Positions 1-7,917 of a stretch of DNA of 21,361 nt are shown in pieces. Within the stretch, counting starts at the first letter, position 1. Each line of letters starts with the position of its first letter. This stretch comes from a virus (Duplodnaviria > Heunggongvirae > Uroviricota > Caudoviricetes): IMG/VR virus record IMGVR_UViG_2690316028_000007. One strand, given 5' to 3'. Under the pieces are notes generated by a model. That model searched no databases. It was given only the letters and a program-made list of their open reading frames with translations, and was not told where the DNA came from. Made by a program: the position numbers and the translations under genes.

Positions 1-41
1 CCTCTGACTGAGAGTTTACTCACTTAGCCGCGTGTCCACTA

Positions 42-305
42 TTGCTGGGTAAGATCACATCACGTAAAAATCACACGAATGTGCTGATGCATATACAGGG
101 GTATTTTAGTAATTACTTAAGTACACGCCAGCGTAAAGAGTTGAGCGAGGTTATACTTAACTATCGCTTTGGCACATTGCCTCTTCTTGCGCCGTTGACT
201 CTGCTGAAGCATTATCTGGGTGAGTATCCTAATGATTACTTGCTTACACAGAATTACTTCGATCCCTATCCGGAAGAACTGGCTCTAAGACTGATGGTGA
301 ATTAA
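42..305 (+). CDS. Hypothetical small protein; C-terminal motif LPLLAPLTLLKHYLGEYPNDYLL...PYPEELALR recalls DUF1722/YbgA-like C-terminal domains (from memory, unverified)
   Basis: ORF opens after an in-frame TGA at 9-11; first start is TTG at 42, first ATG at 87. No clear Shine-Dalgarno. Possibly a gene fragment. Confidence 0.3.
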   Translation: MLGKITSRKNHTNVLMHIQGYFSNYLSTRQRKELSEVILNYRFGTLPLLAPLTLLKHYLGEYPNDYLLTQNYFDPYPEELALRLMVN

Positions 306-710
306 CTGTATGCGATATCATCTGAAAGTGATGAGTTCCTGTATGCAGGATATTTACAATCGTAAAAACTACGCTATGATGCCCATAGTGTCAGTTTGTA
401 TAAAAATCCTGTTCACGCTAAAGAAAACATTGAGATGCAATTTAATGTTGGTAAACATACCAGCCCAAAAGATTTTATTCAATCTGTTTTTATATGAAGA
501 TATTTCAAGTGAATATTAAGAGCATATAATATTATTATTGCACGCAGCTATTATAATATAACAGATTAGTTTAATGATTTGTTTTTTGTGAGTTAAACAC
601 ATGGTTTTATAGTTGTGATGCAATGAGATTTTCCTTATTGTTGAACTGGCGAATATTGATTTTCCACCTATACTTACCTGGTGTAACCCCAATGATATCA
701 GGTGGATAAT

Positions 711-1424
711 ATGCCATACATATGTTCTATCATTTTGGTGTTGAACTCGTTTGGTGTCCGAATTGGTAAAGAAGATATTTTGTTTAAAAAAGGAAATGCT
801 GTCCTCATTGAATACAATTTAAAAGATCTTTTTTCGTCAATTACAGATCATCTAATGATCGTAGATGTTGAGGAGAAAACAGTTAATGATTTCTTTAAAA
901 ACTACACACTCTCACCTTTTTCTGTAAGAAGGTTTTATCCGTCATACTTGATAGTAGAATGTGAAGATTTTTCATTGTTAAAGAACTTGGTTGCATGCTT
1001 GAATTGTGATAGCAAAACCGTGGATGTAGTTAGAAATCAAATATCACTTGCATGTCTTGCTGTCTTATCTTCAGAGAAAATAGTGCAAAGTTTTTTGTTC
1101 GGAAGTCTTAATAGCTTAGGTTGTAAAGTTAAGGCTATTATTCACTCGGATATCTCAGCGTCATGGAGACTTTGTGATATATCTTCAAGATTATATATGA
1201 GCGAGAGTTTGTTAAAAAGAAAATTAAAAGACGAAGGATTATCGTTTAGTAAATTAATTCTTGAAGAACGAATGATGATGGCGCAAAGATTATTGATCTA
1301 CAGTAACCATACTGTCGGCAAGGTGGCGGGAATATGCGGGTATGACAATGCATCATATTTTGTAAGTGTTTTTAGAGGATATTTTGGTGTGCCTCCGCAC
1401 CAATATTTATCAAGATTTTCTTAG
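711..1424 (+). CDS. AraC/XylS-family transcriptional regulator, AppY/EnvY-like prophage moron
   Basis: C-terminal AraC-type HTH (GYDNASYFVSVFRGYFGVPPHQYL; SESLLKRKLKDEGLSF resembles AppY as I recall it). ATG at 711 is 6 nt after AGGTGG. Very AT-rich gene and flanks, own terminator downstream. Confidence 0.85.
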   Translation: MPYICSIILVLNSFGVRIGKEDILFKKGNAVLIEYNLKDLFSSITDHLMIVDVEEKTVNDFFKNYTLSPFSVRRFYPSYLIVECEDFSLLKNLVACLNCDSKTVDVVRNQISLACLAVLSSEKIVQSFLFGSLNSLGCKVKAIIHSDISASWRLCDISSRLYMSESLLKRKLKDEGLSFSKLILEERMMMAQRLLIYSNHTVGKVAGICGYDNASYFVSVFRGYFGVPPHQYLSRFS

Positions 1425-1492
1425 AAGATATGATGTGATGGCATTTTATAAAGTTATTTTTTGAAGTGTAAGATTATACGATATTTTTAGCT

Positions 1493-1524
1493 ACGCCAGA
1501 ATAATTGCTGGCGTTTTTCTTTTT
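1493..1524 (+). terminator. Rho-independent terminator downstream of the AraC-like gene (may also act as a tR'-like late-operon terminator)
   Basis: ACGCCAG / CTGGCGT 7-bp stem with 8-nt loop, followed by TTTTTCTTTTT. Confidence 0.6.
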
Positions 1525-1614
1525 GAATAGATGTTCGGGCCTTACGCTAATGTAACTTCTTTCCTTCTTCGAACCAAACCGTGTACACCATCCGTTATCT
1601 GCGGAGGTGAGGCT

Positions 1615-1830
1615 ATGAAATCCATGGATAAGTTAACAACGGGCATCGCCTACAGCACCTCTGCAGGCAGTGCTGGCTACTGGTTTTTACAGTTGCTCGA
1701 TAAAGTCACGCCCTCACAGTGGGCGGCAATAGGTGTATTGGGTAGTCTGGTATTTGGCATGCTGACGTATCTGACAAACCTTTATTTCAAGATTAAAGAA
1801 GACAGGCGTAAGGTTGCGAGAAGAGAGTAA
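1615..1830 (+). CDS. essQ: Class II holin (phage 21 S-type pinholin), 71 aa, with dual-start motif Met1-Lys-Ser-Met4
   Basis: [28 protein letters not shown]...[17 protein letters not shown] closely matches the phage 21 S / EssD-EssQ holin as I recall it. Strong SD GGAGGTGAGG upstream of ATG 1615. Second in-frame ATG at 1624. Confidence 0.9.
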   Translation: MKSMDKLTTGIAYSTSAGSAGYWFLQLLDKVTPSQWAAIGVLGSLVFGMLTYLTNLYFKIKEDRRKVARRE

Positions 1831-1834
1831 TCCA

Positions 1835-2386
1835 ATGACTCAAGACTATGAACTGGTTGTGAAAGGAGTTCGCAATTTTGAGAATAAAGTGGCGGTAACT
1901 GTAGCCTTACGGGACAAAAAACACTTTGACGGTGAAATTTTTGACCTGGACATCTCGCTGGACCGTGTTGAAGGTGCCGCGCTGGAGTTTTATGAGGCAG
2001 CAGCCAGAAGGAGCATCAGACAGGTCTTCCTGGATGTTGCTGCCGGGTTATGTGAAGGGGATGAGCAGTCGTCGGAAAAGCGCCCCATAATTTTAGAGGC
2101 GCAGAATGTGTGGATAACCTACAAAGGAAAGCTACCGGGAAGAATTACTGGTTCTCTGAAGACGCCACCGACGGCATTGCGGTCAGAAAAAGATGATATT
2201 GAATCGCCCATTGAAAAACTGGAGGGCAGCGTCGCTGATCTGAATAAAAAATTGTCGGTGCTGATTCCTTCTGAAGATGAAAAAAAACGCCGCGATGAGC
2301 AGTTTGCGGCGTTTTACGATTATTGCATTGAAGTTACTCGCAGGAATTTTGTGAAGATTTTTGAGGAGGGTAAATCTCTTCAGTAA
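1835..2386 (+). CDS. Hypothetical 183-aa protein inserted between holin and endolysin (possibly YdfR/DUF1327-like; unverified)
   Basis: ATG at 1835 lies 5 nt after the holin stop, preceded by AAGAGAG. Charged, non-membrane protein. Same strand as the lysis genes. Confidence 0.6.
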   Translation: MTQDYELVVKGVRNFENKVAVTVALRDKKHFDGEIFDLDISLDRVEGAALEFYEAAARRSIRQVFLDVAAGLCEGDEQSSEKRPIILEAQNVWITYKGKLPGRITGSLKTPPTALRSEKDDIESPIEKLEGSVADLNKKLSVLIPSEDEKKRRDEQFAAFYDYCIEVTRRNFVKIFEEGKSLQ

Positions 2387-2594
2387 GCTTATTGGCGGAC
2401 GCTGCAATTAATTCAGGAAGGTCCGCAAGGTCATCTGTCAGTGGATATGATGAAAAATCGGCGGCAGTTCTGTTAAGAAGCGCTTTAACTAATTCCTTTT
2501 CCTTCTCCGGCAACAAGTTGATTAGAGCTACGACTGCTTGCCTGAGTGCGATTAAATCAGCAAAAGTTTGTTTTGGTAGATTTGTGTAATCCAT
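2334..2594 (-). CDS. Hypothetical acidic 86-aa protein, antisense to the late operon; 3' end overlaps the preceding ORF by 53 bp
   Basis: ATG at 2594-2592 on the minus strand, preceded by AGG-containing CACAGAGGCGACT. Protein-like composition (LPEKEKELVKALLNRTAADF). No family recognised. Confidence 0.4.
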   Translation of the reverse strand: MDYTNLPKQTFADLIALRQAVVALINLLPEKEKELVKALLNRTAADFSSYPLTDDLADLPELIAASANKLTEEIYPPQKSSQNSCE

Positions 2595-2707
2595 AGTCGC
2601 CTCTGTGTTTATCAGATTGACATCCTCCTCCCGCCAGTGCCCATCACTGGTGAGGTAAGATTTAACATATCCGGGGATTTGAAGCCGATAAATCCTGATA
2701 AATATCC

Positions 2708-3735
<1,028 letters not shown>

Positions 3736-3986
3736 ATTAATATTAAATCGGATTATTTTTAGCGCTGAATGTGAAATTTAAATAAAAAGGACTCTTCCAT
3801 GAGTCAAAATCCTTGAAATCTTAAGGGTAAGATAAAAGGTCATTAGACAGAATGACACGTTTTATTAATAAATAAAGCTATTGTTTCATTCGTGTGTTTT
3901 TCTTTACAAAAGTAATCCTTGCTATGGTTGGTTAATCATGCGTTAATGGTGTTCTGGTTTGTTACAAAATTATCTGAAGCAGTCAT

Positions 3987-3995
3987 TGTTATAAT
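3987..3995 (+). promoter_or_regulatory. Candidate extended -10 element (TGtTATAAT) upstream of cspI
   Basis: TGTTATAAT read directly at 3987-3995, about 100 nt upstream of the cspI start. No good -35 found; csp genes usually have longer 5' UTRs, so the real promoter may lie further upstream. Confidence 0.3.
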
Positions 3996-4098
3996 TTTAT
4001 TATTTGTACCTCTTGAGATTTCCTTGTTGGTTTTTCTCTCTGATATTTTTTTTCGGACCATTCTGCCCAAGGGCTAACTTCTTCAAAAGGTAATAATG

Positions 4099-4311
4099 AT
4101 GTCTAACAAAATGACTGGTTTAGTGAAATGGTTTAACCCTGAAAAAGGTTTTGGTTTCATCACGCCGAAAGATGGTAGCAAAGATGTGTTTGTCCATTTC
4201 TCAGCTATTCAGAGCAACGATTTCAAAACGTTAACTGAGAATCAGGAAGTCGAATTTGGTATTGAGAACGGACCTAAAGGCCCCGCGGCTGTTCATGTTG
4301 TGGCACTTTGA
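4099..4311 (+). CDS. cspI: CspA-family cold-shock protein (70 aa)
   Basis: [38 protein letters not shown]... carries the canonical cold-shock RNP motifs. AAGG upstream. Tandem ATGs at 4096 and 4099. Long AT-rich leader. Adjacent to gnsB as in Qin. Confidence 0.9.
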   Translation: MSNKMTGLVKWFNPEKGFGFITPKDGSKDVFVHFSAIQSNDFKTLTENQEVEFGIENGPKGPAAVHVVAL

Positions 4312-4510
4312 GGTAGAAAATATTACAAACCATATTCACTTTAGATGCCCGTGTTGCCATGGTTCTCAGTATAGAACATCATCTTTTGATGTTTCTGACA
4401 GGAATCCTTTCGGGGCAAAATGTATCTTTTGTAAATCAATGATGATTACATTTGATAATATTTCACAATACTTAAATGTTAGCCGTCTGTCGTTAGATTT
4501 AAGAAAGTGA
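4295..4510 (+). CDS. Candidate zinc-ribbon small protein (CPCC...CIFC) between cspI and its terminator; start uncertain
   Basis: ORF contains [31 protein letters not shown] (CxxC-17-CxxC). The only in-frame ATG (4295) overlaps the cspI 3' end and has a poor SD. Lies upstream of the terminator at 4516-4538, so it would be co-transcribed with cspI. Confidence 0.3.
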   Translation: MLWHFEVENITNHIHFRCPCCHGSQYRTSSFDVSDRNPFGAKCIFCKSMMITFDNISQYLNVSRLSLDLRK

Positions 4511-4515
4511 AAATG

Positions 4516-4538
4516 AAGGCTCCTTCGGGAGCTTTTTT
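4516..4538 (+). terminator. Rho-independent terminator with UUCG tetraloop
   Basis: AAGGCTCC-TTCG-GGAGCTTT stem followed by TTTTTT. Confidence 0.65.
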
Positions 4539-4582
4539 GCTTAGTGTCTAGTCGATGGATACTCACATATTACGGTAACATT

Positions 4583-4813
4583 ATGAAAAAAATAATAGTT
4601 TTTTTTAACTCTGAACCAGCAATGGTAGTGCCAGTGATGACCGGAGTTAACACCATCATGCGTGAATATCCAAATGGCGAAACAACACACCTCACTGTAA
4701 TGGCTGCAGGGTTTCCATCTCTGACCGGAGATCATAAAGTCATTTATGTAGCAGCGGATCGACATGTAACTTCAGAAGAAATTCTGGAAGCAGCAATGAG
4801 ACTCTTGAATTGA
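4583..4813 (+). CDS. Hypothetical small protein (76 aa from ATG 4583; a GTG at 4544 is also possible)
   Basis: ORF MKKIIVFFNSEPAMVVPVMTGVNTIMREYPNGETTHLTVMAAG... Weak SD. Starts right after a terminator, so expression is uncertain. Could be the ynfN-like gene expected between cspI and gnsB. Confidence 0.35.
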   Translation: MKKIIVFFNSEPAMVVPVMTGVNTIMREYPNGETTHLTVMAAGFPSLTGDHKVIYVAADRHVTSEEILEAAMRLLN

Positions 4814-4985
4814 TTTGATTCTAATGCATTGATAATAAATGATAATCATCTTTATCTGTTTGTGTGAAATTTAGACCGTCGTATGTTGATTATTGCGATG
4901 TTTCATCTTATCTTTTATACGTTTGCTCCATATAATTGACACTACTGTGTACCAGGAAAGTCATAACAGACTAAAAGAGGAAATG

Positions 4986-5159
4986 ATGAACATTGAAGAG
5001 TTAAAAACAAAAACAGAAGCAGATATTTCTGAATATATAACAAAAAAAATCATTGAGCTTAAGAAAAAGACCGGGAAAGAAGTTACCAGTATCCAGTTTA
5101 CTGCACGGGAAAAAATGACTGGTCTTGAAAGCTATGATATCAAGATTGATTTAATCTAG
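4986..5159 (+). CDS. gnsB: GnsA/GnsB-family small protein (57 aa)
   Basis: MNIEELKTKTEADISEYITKKIIELKKKTGKEVTSIQFTAREKMTGLESYDIKIDLI closely resembles GnsA/GnsB as I recall them. Length 57 aa. An extra ATG at 4983 is possible. Confidence 0.85.
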   Translation: MNIEELKTKTEADISEYITKKIIELKKKTGKEVTSIQFTAREKMTGLESYDIKIDLI

Positions 5160-5224
5160 TCTGTTTATAGTATTAGCATCAATTTCTCATCAGATGCTAT
5201 TCAACAATACAAATTACCCATAAA

Positions 5225-5248
5225 CCTCGTTTTTACGGGGTTTTGTTA
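5225..5248 (+). terminator. Probable Rho-independent terminator downstream of gnsB
   Basis: CCTCG-TTTTTA-CGGGG (one G-U pair) followed by TTTTGTTATATTT. Confidence 0.45.
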
Positions 5249-5454
5249 TATTTAAACATTACCGAATAGGTATAAATCTCGATTGTCGATGGTATTGGTT
5301 GTGTGACAATACCTAATCTTTCCGGTATGCGTGAAGAGAATACAAACGACAGATTATGTAAGGGAAACGCGCTGAATCTTTCACTCTTTCATGCTGAGTG
5401 ATTTGACGTTATATTTTTAGCCGTAAGTGAAGAGCAAACGCATGGAGCGACAAA

Positions 5455-5661
5455 ATGCATAAAGATCAATACACTGATGCCCCCTCCCAGGAGCAGGTTC
5501 GTGTAAAAACTATGCTTAATAGCACCATTTCGATGGGTTACCCGGATGTTGTAATTGCATGTATAGAACATCAAGTGTCTCTGGAAGCATTCAGGGCAAT
5601 TGAGGCCGCGTTAGTAAAGCACGATAAGAATACGAAGGATTATTCCCTGGTGGTTGACTGA
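5455..5661 (+). CDS. Hypothetical 68-aa protein (position corresponds to ydfO/ynfO of Qin; possibly truncated)
   Basis: ATG at 5455 with GGAG 8 nt upstream. Stops in all three frames shortly after 5661, so it is not a simple frameshift of a longer gene. Confidence 0.5.
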   Translation: MHKDQYTDAPSQEQVRVKTMLNSTISMGYPDVVIACIEHQVSLEAFRAIEAALVKHDKNTKDYSLVVD

Positions 5662-5999
5662 TCACCATAACTGCTAACCATTCTGACCATTTCACAAGTG
5701 ACAGAGTCAATATCGTATTCTGTCACTGTCAGGCTAATACAGCAATGCAATTCAACTACAGCAATGCCTCGTATTTAGGTGAATTTACAATATCGTCCAG
5801 TTCGGATGCCGGCTGCATTTCTGAAGATAAGGCATTTCGGTTCTCGTATTTTCCCCTCATGCTCGTCAGTCCTGCGCGTAGTAAGAAACAGGACACTCAC
5901 ACTAATTTGTGTGGGCATGCAGTGATGTCCTTCTGAATTATCCCCATGCCATTATGTAAAGCTCTGTTACAGATGCTCGTCACGGTTGTCAGGCTGTCG

Positions 6000-6120
6000 G
6001 GTCCTCCCAGTGAGGGGCCCTGCCACGGGGCGGGAGCGTCGCGGAAAAAGGCTAGTTTTTGAAATTTTATTCGTCATCACCACTACTGTAATTGATTGGT
6101 ATTACAGTGGTTTTATTTTT
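6000..6120. other. Lambda-like cos site (cosN plus start of cosB) upstream of the Nu1-like gene
   Basis: ACG GGGCGGGAGCGT CGCGGAAAAAGG...GAAATTTTATTCGTCATCAC aligns with the remembered lambda end ACG GGGCGGCGACCT CGCGGGTTTTCG...GAAAATTTTCCG...TTCGTCATAAC. Lies about 190 bp upstream of the small terminase start, as in lambda. Confidence 0.55.
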
Positions 6121-6213
6121 ATGGTGTCGATTCTGATTGTTTTTTGTTCATCGCTAACACCGTTTGCCTAAAGTTGTTCGCAAGATGCATGTTTAAAACA
6201 TTCTGGAGCGGGT

Positions 6214-6708
6214 ATGGATCGAGAGTTAAAAAATCTGACGCTGAATATCAGTCAACTGGCGGCATTGTCAGGTGTACATCGCCAGACTGCTGCGGCAAGG
6301 CTGCAAAATCTACCCGTTGCAGGGGGGCATGAAAGCAACCTCAAGCTTTATCGGGTGGTTGATATTGTGTCGGCATTTCTGGCATTACCACCGCCGGTTG
6401 CAGAAGGCGAAATGGACGCGCATGAGCGCAAAGCCTGGTATCAGTCTGAACGTGAGCGTCTTAAGTTCGAACAGGAAACGGCACAACTCATTCCGGCCAG
6501 TGATGTCAGACGGGAGTTTGCCATCTGGGCAAAAGCGGTCGTGCAGGTGCTGGAGACATTACCGGATATTCTTGAACGTGACTGCGGTCTGCAGCCTGCC
6601 GCTGTGAGCCGTGTTCAGTCCATTATTGATGATCTGCGCGATCAGATAGCCCTGCGGGTGACTGAAGCAGGTGCGGATGATGAGGAGGAATTACAGCAGG
6701 AGGAGTAA
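6214..6708 (+). CDS. nohQ: Terminase small subunit (Nu1-like DNA-packaging protein)
   Basis: N-terminal HTH-like LTLNISQLAALSGVHRQTAAARLQ. GGAG 7 nt upstream. Stop overlaps the next start (TAATG). Position immediately after cos. Confidence 0.85.
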   Translation: MDRELKNLTLNISQLAALSGVHRQTAAARLQNLPVAGGHESNLKLYRVVDIVSAFLALPPPVAEGEMDAHERKAWYQSERERLKFEQETAQLIPASDVRREFAIWAKAVVQVLETLPDILERDCGLQPAAVSRVQSIIDDLRDQIALRVTEAGADDEEELQQEE

Positions 6709-7412
6709 TGCTGAATCAGGAAACCGCAAAGGCAGCACGAACCGATTCAGGTTATATCCTTCGCGCACCGAGACGAATGCGGGTTGCTGATGCCGTTGCT
6801 CAGTATATGCGGGTGCCCATGGGGGCAGGGAACTCAGTCCCGTGGGATCCGCTGGTGGCACCGTATGTTATTGAGCCTATGAACTGCCTGGCCTCGCGTG
6901 AATACGACGCAGTGATATTTGTTGGCCCGGCACGAACCGGCAAGACTATCGGCCTGATTGACGGCTGGGTGATTTACAACGTGATTTGCGATCCTGCGGA
7001 TATGCTGATCATTCAGATGACAGAGGAAAAAGCCCGCGAACACTCCAAAAAACGACTCGCCAGAACGTTTCGCGTCAGCCCGGAAGTGGTCAGTCGCCTG
7101 AGTCCGAACAAAAATGACAACAACGTTTATGACAGAACATTCCTTGCTGGCAACTACCTGAAAATCGGCTGGCCGTCAGTCAATATCATGTCCTCATCAG
7201 ATTATAAATGCGTCGCGCTGACGGATTATGACCGTTTTCCGGAAGATATTGATGGCGAGGGGGATGCCTTCTCTCTTGCCTCAAAACGTACCACCACATT
7301 TATGTCCAGCGGTATGACGCTGGTGGAGAGTTCCCCCGCTGGCCATGCAGATCCCGGCGTTTCGTCAGAAACTGAGCGACGGCTGGTACCAGGTACGCAT
7401 TGCCGGGCGTGA
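6708..7412 (+). pseudogene. Terminase large subunit, N-terminal ATPase fragment (Walker A GPARTGKT), truncated at a deletion junction near 7320-7345
   Basis: Translationally coupled to nohQ. P-loop motif VIFVGPARTGKT. The ORF runs into out-of-frame tail-gene sequence and ends after 234 codons, whereas intact large terminases are about 600-640 aa. Confidence 0.7.
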
Positions 7413-7857
7413 TGCAGGTGAAACCGAATTGTCTGCCCGTCTTAATGAGCCGCTGGCAAATGGTGCCGTGATCCACATCGTGCCGCGTCTGGCGGGAGCT
7501 AAAAGTGGCGGTGTGTTTCAGGTGGTGCTGGGGGCGGCGCTGATTGCGGTGGCATGGTGGAACCCTGTGGGCTGGCTGGGTGCCGCGGCTGTATCGGGCA
7601 TGTATGCGGCAGGGGCCAGTATGATCCTGGGCGGAGTGGCGCAGATGCTGGCACCGAAAGCCAGGACGCCCACGGCAGCAAGTACAGATAACGGCAAACA
7701 GAACACCTATTTCTCCTCACTGGATAACATGGTTGCCCAGGGCAATGTTCTGCCTGTTCTGTACGGGGAAATGCGCGTGGGGTCACGCGTGGTTTCTCAG
7801 GAGATCAGCACGGCAGACGAAGGGGACGGTGGTCAGGTTGTGGTGATTGGTCGCTGA
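7345..7857 (+). pseudogene. C-terminal fragment of lambda tail assembly protein I
   Basis: The tail ...LAPKARTP...DNGKQNTYFSSLDNMVAQGNVLPVLYGEMRVGSRVVSQEISTADEGDGGQVVVIGR matches the remembered lambda gpI C-terminus. Frame opens only at 7318, in a different frame from the terminase fragment. Confidence 0.75.
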
Positions 7858-7875
7858 TGCAAAATGTTTTATGTG

Positions 7876-7903
7876 AAACCGCCTGCGGGCGGTTTTGTCG
7901 TTT
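7876..7903 (+). terminator. Terminator-like hairpin between the I fragment and the tail-fibre gene
   Basis: AAACCGCC-TGCG-GGCGGTTTT followed by GTCGTTT. Confidence 0.45.
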
Positions 7904-7917
7904 ATGGAGCGTGAGGA

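Noticed and set aside
310-519. 69-aa ORF in AT-rich DNA between the first ORF and the AraC-like gene
   Set aside because: Low-complexity AT-driven translation, no RBS. More likely promoter/leader DNA of the regulator moron.
1531-1614. Longer 99-aa version of the holin starting at ATG 1531
   Set aside because: That start sits immediately after the terminator and lacks an SD. The canonical holin N-terminus MKSMDK with a strong GGAGG SD begins at 1615.
2392-2589. 65-aa plus-strand ORF in the holin-endolysin gap
   Set aside because: TTG start without SD and Ser/Ala-rich low-complexity product. The overlapping minus-strand 86-aa ORF has better start signals and composition.
3790-3815. Hairpin GACTC-TTCCAT-GAGTC downstream of Rz
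   Set aside because: Not followed by a T-tract on the coding strand. A T-run is present only on the antisense strand, where no gene would use it.
5745-5936. 63-aa ORF downstream of the 68-aa gene
   Set aside because: No SD and an unconvincing protein-like sequence. Kept only as part of the possible decayed ydfO/ynfO region.
5986-6332. ORFs 5986..6171 and 6096..6332 overlapping the cos region and the nohQ start
   Set aside because: They overlap a recognisable cos site and the well-supported nohQ start. Translations are low complexity.
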